A stretch of 63,815 nucleotides of DNA, the filler included, from Chrysochromulina tobinii (Eukaryota): the NCBI GenBank assembly GCA_001275005.1. It is 8 parts of 8 records of this genome, joined end to end, with 100 filler letters (N's around TTAATTAATTAA, not from the genome) between each part and the next. Parts side by side here need not be neighbours in the genome. Positions count along the whole stretch, not along the records: positions 20,779 to 42,536 come from JWZX01000777.1; 7 more parts are not named here. One strand, given 5' to 3'. The first letter of the stretch is position 1; each line of letters starts with the position of its first letter. The translations under genes and the position numbers were made by a program. Shown in pieces: positions 20,915 through 31,333 of the stretch. The notes under the pieces are model-generated. The model was not told where the DNA came from. It made no database searches and was given only the letters and a program-made list of their open reading frames with translations.

Positions 20915-23482
20915 ATGACAACCACTGTAACTTTCACAATGGCTTGGAGGCTCGTCCTCCGCAGCAGCCCGCCGCGGCAGCTGCTGCTCGCCGGCCTCCT
21001 CTCGCTCCCGCGCCACTCACCGCGCCGCCTTCCTTTGGCCGCCCCATTATCCGCGCCACTACTTGCGAGCATACGGCCATACGCTGTGCGCATGGTCGCC
21101 GCTGTGGCCGACCCGGCGCCGTCCGAGCCTCCTGCGGCCGCGGCCGTGGACGGCGGCACGCTGGCGGCGCTGGCCGCATGCGGAAAGCGTGGGCGCTGGC
21201 GGACCGCACTCGAGCTGCTGGCGATGCTCGAGTCTCGACCAGAACCGATTCCGGCGGCCGCGTACCGTTCGGCACTGCTGGCACTCCGAAAGCACGAGCG
21301 GCACGAGGAGGCGATGGCGCTGCTCGAGCGAATGGGCGAGGCGGCGGACACGCACGCGTGCAACGAGGTGCTCCACCTGCTGCGCTTGCGCAGCGACTAC
21401 GCCGCCGCCGATGCGCTCTGGCGCCGGATGCGCTCGGGTGCTCTCGGGTCTCTCACAGCACCGGACGCGCTCTCATTCTACCACGTGCTTCACATCTGCG
21501 GCGAGGCGGGGCGCTGGGCGGAGGCGATGAGCCTGCTCGACGAGCTGCACCACACACTCGGCGGCGCCGCCGTGAACTCGGGCCACTACCTCGCCGCTAT
21601 GAAGGCCTGCTCGCGCGACCGGCGTTGGCATGAGGCCGTGGCCATTGTGCGCACCATCCCAGCACCGACGCTGGCGACGGATGCGTGGCTGTGCCGGCTG
21701 GCGCTGAGCGCCGCGGCCGAGGCGGCCGAGCCCGCGCTCGCCCGCTCGCTCCTCGCGAGCCTCGGCTCCAAGGCCACCGTGGAGCAATACGCCGCCTGCC
21801 TGATGGCTTCGCGACGGGCGGGTGATCTCGAGCAGTCCCAGGAGGTTTGGGCCGCGCTCGAAGCGTCGCTCCACGCGCCCGACGACCTGTGCTATGCGCT
21901 CATGGTGGGCGCCCTCTTCGACGCCGCCGCTGCCGCCAAGGCCATCGGGACGGCGGCGAAGGTGGCGGCGGCCGAGGCGCTCGTCGTCGAGGCGATGGAC
22001 ATGACGAAACGTGCTGCCGCCACGCTGCCCAACGCCTCGGCGCCGGTCGTGATCACCGCTGCCCTCGGGCTGGCCATCGGCGCGCAGCACCCGGCCGCAT
22101 CGCGCGCCGCCCTGAGCACACTACATGCCATCGACCCCAGCTGCGTGGACGCGGCAGTACAGCTCAAGGTTCTGCAGGTGTGTGTTGCGCAGGCGGCGTG
22201 GAGCGAGGCCGCAGCCGAGGCGCTCGCCGCGTGCGATCGCCAGATTGCCATCGGAGACCGAGCGCATCTCGCCGCCGACCTCGACGCGACAATCGCGAGG
22301 GCTGAGGCCGCCGCCGCCGCCGCTCCGCACACTGCCGCCGCGACGGCCGCTGCTGCCGACGAGGCGGCAGTGGCGCTCTCAGCCCTGCGGCAGTTACGAG
22401 CGTCGATGCAGGCGTCCGCGGCGCTGGCGAGCGAACGGTGCTTCGAGGCTGAGACGGCTGAGGACGATGTGGACGTGGGCGAGTGCGTGGACGATGACGA
22501 GTGCGCGGCGGACGAGGCGTCGCGTGCCCGGCGCGACGCCCAGAAGCGCTACTCGCGCTCGATTGTCATGCCGGCCGAGGCGTCGGGCGGGGCCTCTCTC
22601 GAAGTGGTGTACGAGGATGAGGACCTGCTGGCCGTGGCCAAGCCCATCGGGATCCCGGTGCAACCTCGGCATCGCTTCGAGGCGAGATCGATGGTCAACC
22701 GCGCCATTGGTTACCTGCGTGGGCGCACTCCGTATACTCTCCATCGACTGGATGCGCCCACCTCCGGCCTCCTCCTCTTCGCCAAAAGTGTCCTCGCCGC
22801 ACGCGACGTGCAGCGGCAGTTCCGCATGCGGCTCACTCGCAAGACGTACCTAGCGGTGCTCCTCGGGGTGCCTGAGCAGGACGCTTTCATAGTGGACGCG
22901 CCCATCGCCTTCGACCCGCACGACAGGACGCGATCCGTAGTCGTCGCCGAGCCACCGCCGGAGCACCCGTCGGCCCAAGCCATTCTAGCGGCTCGACTGC
23001 GCCGTGAGCCTTCCTCGCCTACGATGGCGGCCGCGTTGCTCGGGCTGCAAGGGAAGGCATCCCTGACCGAGTTTGAGGTGGTTGGGCGGAGCGATCGGGC
23101 GGCTGCATGCATCGTGCGTCCGCTTACCGGTCGCATGCATCAGATACGCGTGCATGCTGACCTTCTCGGCCATCCGCTCGCCGGAGACACGCAATACGGG
23201 GTGCAGCTGCAGCCGACGTCGCCGCGCTGCGAGCGCCTGCTGCTGCACGCCCACGCGCTCCAGATTCGTCACCCGACGCTCCAGCAGCTCGTCACCTTCA
23301 CCGCTGCGCCCCCACCCGAGTTCATGCAAGAGGCTGAGGTGCTCGGCTTGCCCCGACTCGCCGAGCTCGCGCCGAGCGGCGTGGTGTGGGGAGGGGCCAC
23401 GCTCCGCGAGGAGGACGAGGAGCGAGCAGAAAGTGCCAGCGAGTTCTTTCGCGAGCGCGAGCGCAGGGTGAGGAAGCGATGA
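20915..23482 (+). CDS. PPR-repeat protein fused to RluA-family pseudouridine synthase, probably organelle-targeted
   Basis: PPR-like helical repeats (ACGKRGRWRTALELL, ICGEAGRWAEAMSLL, ACSRDRRWHEAVAIV); RluA motifs VYEDEDLLAVAKP, LHRLDAPTSG, TGRMHQIRVH, GHPLAGDTQYG, LLLHA. Start 20915 or 20939. Confidence 0.9.
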   Translation: MTTTVTFTMAWRLVLRSSPPRQLLLAGLLSLPRHSPRRLPLAAPLSAPLLASIRPYAVRMVAAVADPAPSEPPAAAAVDGGTLAALAACGKRGRWRTALELLAMLESRPEPIPAAAYRSALLALRKHERHEEAMALLERMGEAADTHACNEVLHLLRLRSDYAAADALWRRMRSGALGSLTAPDALSFYHVLHICGEAGRWAEAMSLLDELHHTLGGAAVNSGHYLAAMKACSRDRRWHEAVAIVRTIPAPTLATDAWLCRLALSAAAEAAEPALARSLLASLGSKATVEQYAACLMASRRAGDLEQSQEVWAALEASLHAPDDLCYALMVGALFDAAAAAKAIGTAAKVAAAEALVVEAMDMTKRAAATLPNASAPVVITAALGLAIGAQHPAASRAALSTLHAIDPSCVDAAVQLKVLQVCVAQAAWSEAAAEALAACDRQIAIGDRAHLAADLDATIARAEAAAAAAPHTAAATAAAADEAAVALSALRQLRASMQASAALASERCFEAETAEDDVDVGECVDDDECAADEASRARRDAQKRYSRSIVMPAEASGGASLEVVYEDEDLLAVAKPIGIPVQPRHRFEARSMVNRAIGYLRGRTPYTLHRLDAPTSGLLLFAKSVLAARDVQRQFRMRLTRKTYLAVLLGVPEQDAFIVDAPIAFDPHDRTRSVVVAEPPPEHPSAQAILAARLRREPSSPTMAAALLGLQGKASLTEFEVVGRSDRAAACIVRPLTGRMHQIRVHADLLGHPLAGDTQYGVQLQPTSPRCERLLLHAHALQIRHPTLQQLVTFTAAPPPEFMQEAEVLGLPRLAELAPSGVVWGGATLREEDEERAESASEFFRERERRVRKR

Positions 23483-23592
23483 GTCGTAGTTGCCTGTCGG
23501 GAGATCAGCTATAATCAGCAATCTTACGCCGTGAATTCACATGAGAATTCACAGTGACCACGTCGTCTACGCCGAAAACGAGGAATTCCACG

Positions 23593-25230
23593 ATGCGTGG
23601 CCGCAGCTTTGCTGCGATGCGCTTGGAACCTGGGGCAAGTCCATTTGACGTCACTGGTCGCCATTTTATTCCCGACGGCGAGTCATTTCACTTGAGGCAG
23701 ATCGCGCTTGCTCAACCAGCGAAGAGTGGGGTCCATGCTTCCGTATCCATGCGCACTAAGAAATTACCCATGGAAATGGTCCTCTGCACCCTACGTGCCG
23801 GTTGCGAGCAGGTCATGCTGTCTTTGGAGCTCACTCAGGAACACGAGGCGACATTTTCCGTTGCTGGTGCGCCAGTCGACATGTGTGGATACTTCGAACT
23901 GAATGGCGAGCCTTACAATGACTGGGCCAATTCGGTGGACGAGGAGGAGGGCGATGAGGAAAACGCTTCCGCGGGGAGCGATATGGACGACCACTCCACA
24001 ATCAAGACCATTGGCACCGCAGAGGCCTTCCAAGCGCTCCTTGCCGACGCAGCTGCTGCAGGCAAGACCGTCTTTGTCGATTTTACAGCGAGCTGGTGTG
24101 GTCCTTGCAAGGCCATTGCACCGCTGTTTAAGGCGCTGGCAAAGTCGACGCCGTCGGCAATCTTTGCCAAGGTGGACGTGGATGAGAATGAGGAGGTTGC
24201 CGCCGAGTGCCGCATCACAGCGATGCCGACCTTCAAGGCGTTCCAAGGGGCGAAGCAGGTCGCCGAGCTCAAAGGTGCCAACGAGGCTTTGATTGATTGA
24301 TTGTGATTTGATTGAGCTCATCAAATTAACCCCTTCATCATCATCGCCTTCGAGCTCACAGGTGCCGACGAGGCGGCGCTGCGCAAGATGGTGCAAAAGG
24401 TGGCGGCGTCGGCCCCAGTCCCGCGGGCTGCGCTCCAGCAGGAGCAGGTTGCTGCGGTGGGGTCGAAACGCGCGCGATCGGCAGTACCAAATATGGCAGT
24501 ACCAAACCGACGCGAAGCAGCGGACTCGCTACGAGGACAAAGAGCGCAGGTGGCGAGGGAGGAGGTGGAGGAGGAAGAGAACGGCGATGATGACGACGAA
24601 GGCGAGGATGATGATGACGCGGCAGAGGAGGACGAGGAGCACGACACCGCTGCTGAGCAGACAAGAGCACGCCCCACCCATGGCACCGCCCCGGTCCACG
24701 CGGCGGCATCAGCAACCACTCTTTCAGACATGCATCTGACCTGCAAGGACTGCCAACAGCCATTCATTTTTACTGTCATCGAGCAGCAAACCTTCCTCCA
24801 CTACGGCTATTCAATACCCCGCATCCGCTGCAAGCCCTGCTCGGAGGCCAAGAAGCTGGGCAACTATAACAAGGCGGGAGGCTTCTTCAAGAGCGAAACG
24901 GGCCATGGAGCTGCTGGCCCTCAACCGGCGGCGGCCTCACGTCACGAGGCCCATGTAGGCGGAAGAGGTAGCGGCAAAGGCAGTAGCGGCAAAGGCAAAG
25001 GTGGCAGCTGGGATGGCTTTGGGGGACGCGGCGGTGGCGAAGGCAGCATCCGAGCTGGAGGTAACGGCGCCAACGGCACAGGCGGCAGAGACAAAGGCGG
25101 AGGTGGCAAGGGTGGCGTGGGCAAGAGTGGCCCCCCAGGCGGAGAGACCAGCTTCGACACGCGGAAGTGTTTTGCTTTCCAGCAAGGGACGTGCAACCGT
25201 GGAGCTGCCTGCAAATTCATGCATGCCTGA
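23593..25230 (+). CDS. Nucleoplasmin-like domain + acidic tract + thioredoxin + acidic tract + zinc ribbon + Gly-rich region + CCCH finger; intron 24275-24361
   Basis: NPL-like FHLRQIALA..VLCTL..EQVMLSLEL..FSVAG..VDMCGY; VDFTASWCGPCK; LTCKDCQQPFIFT..EQ..RCKPC; CFAFQQGTCNRGAACKFMH; splice gives ELKGADEAALRKMV in frame. Confidence 0.85.
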
Positions 25231-25333
25231 AGCATATGAGCCTCGCAGATTAATATTGAAAATTGTGCGCGCGAATCTCAGCATGCGTGGCTCAGTTGCC
25301 AGAGGGCAAATGGTTTCGTGGTACTCGGGTTAG

Positions 25334-25396
25334 CTAACCCTATCCCTATCCCTGACCGTAACCCTAACCCCAACTTGTCACCAACCCTAACCCTAA
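25334..25396. repeat. Degenerate interstitial telomere-like (CCCTAA)n tract
   Basis: ctaaccctatccctatccctgaccgtaaccctaacccc...aaccctaaccctaa. Confidence 0.75.
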
Positions 25397-25637
25397 GGAT
25401 CCGATCCCCTAGCAGCTAGCAGCCTCGAGCTGCGATCCGACTGTGGACTGACGTAAGAATTCGACTGGTCCAGCACTTGAATTTAGCACCGTGATGAATC
25501 TAAACTGCGCAATGGAAATGGTCAGGCAGAATGAGAGGCCTCGGCAGGAGGGGCACGGCCGTCGCAGGCTCGGGCCCGCAAATTCACACCGATTTCGTCA
25601 GTCGAGCTGTGCGTGATCTCCCGAGAGGACGCTTCCG

Positions 25638-26031
25638 ATGCTTTTCCGCATTCTCGCCCTCGGCGCGCTCGCAGTCACTCAGGGGTACGTGTTGGGCGCA
25701 CCAAAATTTGTCACATCCTCCCGTGCGGCCGTGAGCATGCACTTCCCTCCGATTAACGAGAGCGTCGACAAGGGCAATCCCAAAGTTGTCACGACGGTCA
25801 AATGCGAAGGTGTGCGCCCTTCGGATGTGACTACGCCGAACTACTCAAGTGATCTCACGTGAGCCGATTTCGTGTCTCGATCTCGCAGATATCAAGGGCA
25901 AAGGTGTGTACTGCCGCTGCTGGCGGTCGAAGACGTTCCCGAACTGCGATGCCTCCCACGTGAAATGGAATGAGGAGAGAGGTGACAACGTGGGCCCGCT
26001 GATTGTCATGGCCGCGAAACCCGCGGAATAA
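25638..26031 (+). CDS. NEET/CDGSH iron-sulfur protein with signal peptide (likely plastid); intron 25810-25888
   Basis: [38 protein letters not shown] matches the CISD/NEET 3Cys-1His motif. Confidence 0.92.
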
Positions 26032-26260
26032 GGCAGTCGCTGGTTCACTAGGGATATCGGAGCTGCTGCGCAAACCTCGCTGCTCGCTGGGGCGTGCAAG
26101 TATCCGAGTTGTGACGAACGGCACTCCGCGCTCGGATACGTACTTGTGTGTGGACGAAGAAGTTTGAGGCTTTGACGAGGGAGCTTACAGCTTTGAAACC
26201 AAACATCGGTTAGGCGTTTTGGTTACACGCGGAAAGCTCTCATTTTGCCTACACTACTCG

Positions 26261-27790
26261 CTACTGCGACTTTACTACTTGCCTATTCGCCACGCCTACG
26301 TCACCCAGCGTCGCGCACCCACGCCGGCTGAGGAGCACCCCCATCTCGAGGTGATCGGTGTACGCAAAGTGGTCGAAGACGGCCCAGCGTCGCACTTCGT
26401 GGGTCGTGCCGAGAACGCCGTCGAGTGCGGCGAGCAGGCTGCTCGGCTGGCACGAAATGTAGAGGATGTGGTCAAAGAGGCCCACAAGAAGGAGCGTGTC
26501 CGCGTCGAGGCCGCAGCGCGGAGGGTCGACTAGGACGACATCTGTCCGCCGCTCCGCCTCTCGGAGCCACCGGAGCTCGAGAGTCTCCGCAGGCACGGAC
26601 CCTAAAATGGCAGGTTTGCTCCGCGCCGTAACAGGCGATCGTGCGCTGGTGGCCGCTGGTGCCGATGGCGGCGGCACGGCGTCTGCAACTGCCGTCGGTT
26701 CCTCCGCCGCCGGCAGCATCGCCTCGTCGTACTCGGTCGCTAAGGCAGTGCGAATGGCGACGGCATCGGCGGGAGGAACGGAGTTGGGCACAGCCACGGC
26801 TTCGGCGGCGGGGGCAGCAGCGGCGGCCTCGGGAGTATCGCGCTTCGCCGTCTGCAAGCTCTGCTTCACCTTGCGTAAATGGTAGTAGAGGCGTTTACAA
26901 AACTTGCCCGAGGAAGCGCAGAGTACATTCGCGTTGGTCACCCCGTTGGCAGCGAGGTTGTACCCGGCGGCGTCGACGAGGCGGCGGTCGATCTCAACGG
27001 CAAGCACGCGCGAGAAGTGGCGCCCAAGTGCCACCGTGTGGTTGCCGTTGCCGCAATAGAGCTCCAGCAGTGTGGGTGCACGGCCGGCATGTGCCGCAGC
27101 GTACGCGGCCGCCGCCTCTGTGGCGGCTCCGCAGAGGAAGCCGAGGGTATGCTCGCACATGGTGGCGGATGGGTTGGAGAAGGAGCCCTCCATCTGGCGG
27201 TACGTGAGTCGCCGCCCGTCTTTGAGCGCATACACCTCCTCCACGTGCTCGCGCTCGAGGCAAACAGTCTGCCCCTTGGTACGGCCGAGGAGTGATGGCA
27301 CGCCGAGCGCAGCCTTGAGGGCGCGCGCGGCGTCGCACCATCGCTCATCGAGCGGCACAGCCTCGGCATAGATGAGAGTCACCAGCATGTCGCCCGACTG
27401 CGGCGACAAAAAGTGCACGGCTGACAACGCTTTGGCGAGCGTTGCGCTCTCATTGATCGCGTCGATCAGCCGCGGCATCAGATCATTGATGGCCTTGGTG
27501 GCAATCGGAAATTGGCGCACTGCGACGGTCGGCGCACCTTTGTCGAAGAGCGCAAAGCACAGCACACCATCAAAACGCGCGATCGCGAAGCGCGCGCGGT
27601 TGCGAAAGTGCTGCGGCTGCGAAGCGTAGACCTCCAGCTCGGCAGCGTCTCTGGCAAGGTGCGCGGCGAATTGACGGCGCACGCCTTCAACCTTGGTGGC
27701 GAGTAAGGCCTCGTACTCGAGCGGCTGGTAGTCCATCCACGTGAGTGAAGGATTCAGGTCTGTCGCGGGAGGTGGCGCCACCAGCACCAT
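26261..27790 (-). CDS. trmA: tRNA (uracil-5)-methyltransferase, bacterial TrmA type
   Basis: YRQMEGSFSNP, LLELYCGNGN, VDPPRCGLD, ILYISC (catalytic Cys), FDHFAYTDHLEMG; Ala/Pro-rich insertion. Confidence 0.88.
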   Translation of the reverse strand: MVLVAPPPATDLNPSLTWMDYQPLEYEALLATKVEGVRRQFAAHLARDAAELEVYASQPQHFRNRARFAIARFDGVLCFALFDKGAPTVAVRQFPIATKAINDLMPRLIDAINESATLAKALSAVHFLSPQSGDMLVTLIYAEAVPLDERWCDAARALKAALGVPSLLGRTKGQTVCLEREHVEEVYALKDGRRLTYRQMEGSFSNPSATMCEHTLGFLCGAATEAAAAYAAAHAGRAPTLLELYCGNGNHTVALGRHFSRVLAVEIDRRLVDAAGYNLAANGVTNANVLCASSGKFCKRLYYHLRKVKQSLQTAKRDTPEAAAAAPAAEAVAVPNSVPPADAVAIRTALATEYDEAMLPAAEEPTAVADAVPPPSAPAATSARSPVTARSKPAILGSVPAETLELRWLREAERRTDVVLVDPPRCGLDADTLLLVGLFDHILYISCQPSSLLAALDGVLGTTHEVRRWAVFDHFAYTDHLEMGVLLSRRGCATLGDVGVANRQVVKSQ

Positions 27791-27822
27791 GTTGAGGCGA
27801 GGATTAGGAAGACATATTTGAG

Positions 27823-27882
27823 AGTCAAGTCAAGTCAAGTCAAGTCAAGTCTGTTGTTTATGTATAGACTTGACTTGACTTG
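27823..27882. repeat. (CAAGT)5 and inverted (ACTTG)3 microsatellites forming a hairpin
   Basis: Directly visible, ~17-bp stem. Confidence 0.9.
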
Positions 27883-28344
27883 GAAGGGAGAAAGGGGACC
27901 GACACACCGCCCCCGAGCGGTACGGTAGGGTACCCCCAAATGGTGTTAATGTGTATGTGTGAATGTGAATGTGTGTTGGTCAACAGCCAAATGCCGGGAC
28001 TGAAAAATGGTGTGGGGGCCCTCGGGACCGCGTGCTCCCGAGCACCTTCCGTGGGTTCACTCGGCTGGCATTTCGGGGACCGAGGGGCGTATTGCTTTAC
28101 ATTTTGGCATGCCCGCATACACAGCACTCAGCAGTAAGCCAGTAAAACTCACAACAGTACATCGTGTCTTCGTGTCGACAGTGTCGTGTACCAGTATCAC
28201 CGTCTACTTGGTACACACACACCACCACGCCAGAAGAGCCACGAGGGGTCGACACACACTCTCAAAACCACGAATAGTCTATCTGTGTGTCCAGTCGTGT
28301 GAACGGTGCTGCGCGTCCACCACCCTTCCTTTCAGCCTGCAGCC

Positions 28345-29172
28345 TCACACCGCCGTCGCGACCGCCGCGGGCACACTCGGTTCCACTCGGGGCCCACTCG
28401 ATGCCGAACGCCAAGCTACACGCGAGCGAGCGGCCCTTTGCATAGTGACCACGGCTGCCAGGCTGTGAATTGCATTGGCTGTGAATGTCACGGATGCCTG
28501 GCTCACCTCTGCCGTGGCGCGAGCCTGCAGGTCTTCCTCGGTGAGGACTTCTTTCTTGCACAGCGGGCAGCTTGGAACGCCGTTTGCGTACTCTCGACGA
28601 ATCAGCCACCGGTCGATGCATTCGGCATGAAACTTGTGGGAGCATGGGAGCTCGCGCAACTGGTCGCCAGCTACAAGAGTGCAGAGGCACACCGGACATT
28701 CGTCGTTGCCATCGTTGCCATCGGGCGTTGCGGCTTGACTGCTGTCACGAGGCAGCACTGCACTCTTGGTGGTTGGAGCGTACGCGCATGTTGGAAGCCG
28801 GGAGATAGCAAGCCGAATGGAGCGGCCACGGTCTGCAACTTGACTCGTAGTCTGCTGCTGCTGCCTCGCATCACGTCTGCGTTGATCGCGACGGACAAAA
28901 TAGAGACAGATCACGACCAGAATCCAAACGGGGATCGAATACCATTGATAATAAGCTTCAGGATCCTGGCAGTAGCAACGGCCTCTGATCAAAATGAGTT
29001 GCGTGAGGCAACGGACTTCAACAAAGTCCCCAGAGTTGTTGTACAAGCTTTCGTTCGATGCTAAGAGACGATTAGTGATACATGCAGCAGCCGCATCAGC
29101 AGGTTCAGCACCCGCATTGTACTCTTGAGTTTGTGCTGGCAGAGTCCACGCGTCCGCCGTATGCATAGACAT
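28345..29172 (-). CDS. Single-pass membrane RING-H2 E3 ligase-like protein
   Basis: TM WYSIPVWILVVICLYFV; CPVCL...LRELPCSHKFHAECIDRWL...CPLCK; IQ-like tail VVTMQRAARSRVAWR. Confidence 0.85.
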   Translation of the reverse strand: MSMHTADAWTLPAQTQEYNAGAEPADAAAACITNRLLASNESLYNNSGDFVEVRCLTQLILIRGRCYCQDPEAYYQWYSIPVWILVVICLYFVRRDQRRRDARQQQQTTSQVADRGRSIRLAISRLPTCAYAPTTKSAVLPRDSSQAATPDGNDGNDECPVCLCTLVAGDQLRELPCSHKFHAECIDRWLIRREYANGVPSCPLCKKEVLTEEDLQARATAEVSQASVTFTANAIHSLAAVVTMQRAARSRVAWRSASSGPRVEPSVPAAVATAV

Positions 29173-29688
29173 CTTGGAGGGACGCGACGAAAGTTTCCTT
29201 GAAAAGTCGCATGTGGGGAATCAGTCATCAGTCAGTCAGTTCGCGGTCCTCCCGCGCACACCTACAGGAGGGTTTCGTGGAAGACGAGGGTAGGGAAGAA
29301 AAGGGACATGACATGTTCGATGTTGAGGATTCGAGTGTGAAGGTCGATGTTCGAGCTAACATGAACTATGTCCGGGTCTCGGCGGCAGAGTGACCCACAG
29401 GCCGATTCGGAGGCCAAGTTTGCCTCGAGCCCACATATTGAAGATGACTCGAGCCCACATATTGTAACGACCGACACCCCGCGGAGGAACCAATAAATGC
29501 TTCACAGTTCACATACTACCCAACTCGATGAACGTCATGTTAAACGTCATGGGTATACATCGATGGAACGTGGTAGTTATGCATGGGAGCATGCAGCAGG
29601 GGGGGGCTCTCGCGCGGTCGACTGTGGACGATGACTGTGGACTCACGCTCGTGACAGCAGGAGCTCGCCCTCTTCCAAGCATGGTCGC

Positions 29689-31269
29689 TCAGAGCAAGTT
29701 GGCCGGGCACGTGGAGAAGTTGCAGTCGGGGAAGGGCAGCGTGTCAGGCCACACGTAGCCGGGCGTCGAGAACATGTAGCTCGCGTGGGCGGCAAGGCTC
29801 GGGAAGAAGAGCTCAATGTAGTAGCCCACAAAGTGGCCTGGTTTGGTCGGCATGGGCGGAGTGGCGGTGTACGTGAATGCGCCTTGCGAGGAGCGGTGAG
29901 GTTCGAGCGCGTCCTTGGCCCAGAAGCGCGGCACGAGGCAGTTGCCGCCGCCCTCCATAGGGGCCAAAGGCACCTCGCCGTGGGCCACCGAGCACTCTCC
30001 AGTCTCATTGTTGGCCATGCGAACCCAACGGAAGTCGCGGCGCTCGCTCGCGGTCTGGCCGGTGCGAAAGTACACCTTGGAGGGCACCGGCGCGCCTGTG
30101 GGCACCGTCACTGTGATCGTGCCCGTCACCTTATCCTTGAGCACGCTGAAGGTGGGGCGCGCCGTCGTGGGCGCACCGCTCGCCACCGAGTCGACAAAGG
30201 CGAGGACGGACTCGAGGACCTCGGGGATGGCCGTCGCTAGGGAGTGCTCGGAATTGGGCGCGATCAGCAGGTGCGACTCGCCCGGCATGGCCGTCGTCCA
30301 AGAGTTGTTGAGCGCCGTCCAGTCGAATTGCATAAACTCGTCGTCGCTCGAGCAGATCGCAAACTTGGGCAGGCGCGCGAGTTGCTTCGCGTAGCGCGGC
30401 GAGACGGGGTCGACGTAATCGAGGAGGAGATCGAAGATGGGCAAATCCATGTACTTGTTGATGTCTGCGTCGAGGTAGTCGCGGAAGGCGAAGGTCAGGC
30501 CCCCGAGCGACTGGCGCTGCAGGTGGACCGACTGCAGCAAGTTGGGCACAATCGGCACCAGTGGGAAGAGTGCGCGGATGGTCACGCACGACTCGCACTC
30601 GGTCGCTCCGACCATCCACGTGGTCCAGCCGCGCTTCGAGGCGCCACCCACCGCCCAGCCGTCGATGCTCGCCAAGCCAAACTTCGCCGTGTACTGCTCG
30701 ACCGCCTTCATGCACTGGAAGCCTGCCTTGACCATCGGGAAGCGCGGCAGCCACATCGGATTGTGCTCGGGGCGCGTGAGGAATTGATTCCACGCCCAAG
30801 CAATCATCGCATCCTCGGAGCGGGGCACCTTTCTAGGGTCCGACGGGTACACAATGTGGCAATTCGGGATCTGATAGATGACCACGGCGATCGCCCCCGT
30901 GCGATTCCCGAGCGCGGCCGCGAGTGCCAGGTACTCATCGTTCGGGGCAGGCGGCTTGGGCGGGCCCTCGTTGCAGCCGCCCGTCATGACGGACAGGGCG
31001 AGCGTGTGGCGCACAGGGCCATTGGGCACGACGACCGCCACCTGGTGCGTCCACAGAGCGCCCGTAGGTCCGACCGCCTCCGCCTCCGTCATCCACTGCA
31101 AAGAGGTCACATTGAGGATATGCGCGGTGCCGCCGAGCGTCTTCACGCGCGCGCCCGTGTCGAACCACTTGAAGGCCGGCTCGGGCGTCTCGACGTACTC
31201 ATCGATGGCGTTCTTGGCGGTGGCGGCGGCAAGCAGAAGGGACTGCAGAAAGAGGGGCTTCATCGGCAT
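29689..31269 (-). CDS. pqaA: Secreted PqaA/AprA-family (PhoPQ-activated pathogenicity-related) alpha/beta-hydrolase, copy A
   Basis: Signal peptide MKPLFLQSLLLAAATA; LNVTSLQW, WTHQV, RSEDAMIAWAW, RFPMVKA, GGASKRGWTTW, SSDDEF, PNSEHS. Start 31269 or 31263. Confidence 0.9.
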   Translation of the reverse strand: MPMKPLFLQSLLLAAATAKNAIDEYVETPEPAFKWFDTGARVKTLGGTAHILNVTSLQWMTEAEAVGPTGALWTHQVAVVVPNGPVRHTLALSVMTGGCNEGPPKPPAPNDEYLALAAALGNRTGAIAVVIYQIPNCHIVYPSDPRKVPRSEDAMIAWAWNQFLTRPEHNPMWLPRFPMVKAGFQCMKAVEQYTAKFGLASIDGWAVGGASKRGWTTWMVGATECESCVTIRALFPLVPIVPNLLQSVHLQRQSLGGLTFAFRDYLDADINKYMDLPIFDLLLDYVDPVSPRYAKQLARLPKFAICSSDDEFMQFDWTALNNSWTTAMPGESHLLIAPNSEHSLATAIPEVLESVLAFVDSVASGAPTTARPTFSVLKDKVTGTITVTVPTGAPVPSKVYFRTGQTASERRDFRWVRMANNETGECSVAHGEVPLAPMEGGGNCLVPRFWAKDALEPHRSSQGAFTYTATPPMPTKPGHFVGYYIELFFPSLAAHASYMFSTPGYVWPDTLPFPDCNFSTCPANLL

Positions 31270-31333
31270 CACCGAGGCGCCGCGCGACTTCGTCAAACGC
31301 GCGGCTCGGCTCCGCCGCGCGGCCCGCGTAATC
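31270..31333. promoter_or_regulatory. Putative 64-bp bidirectional promoter/5'UTR with dyad symmetry
   Basis: Lies between two divergent ATGs; GCCGCGCG (31279-31286) / CGCGCGGC (31298-31305) inverted repeat. Function inferred. Confidence 0.45.

Noticed and set aside
25334..25396. True chromosome end
   Set aside because: Degenerate, short and internal, with genes on both sides
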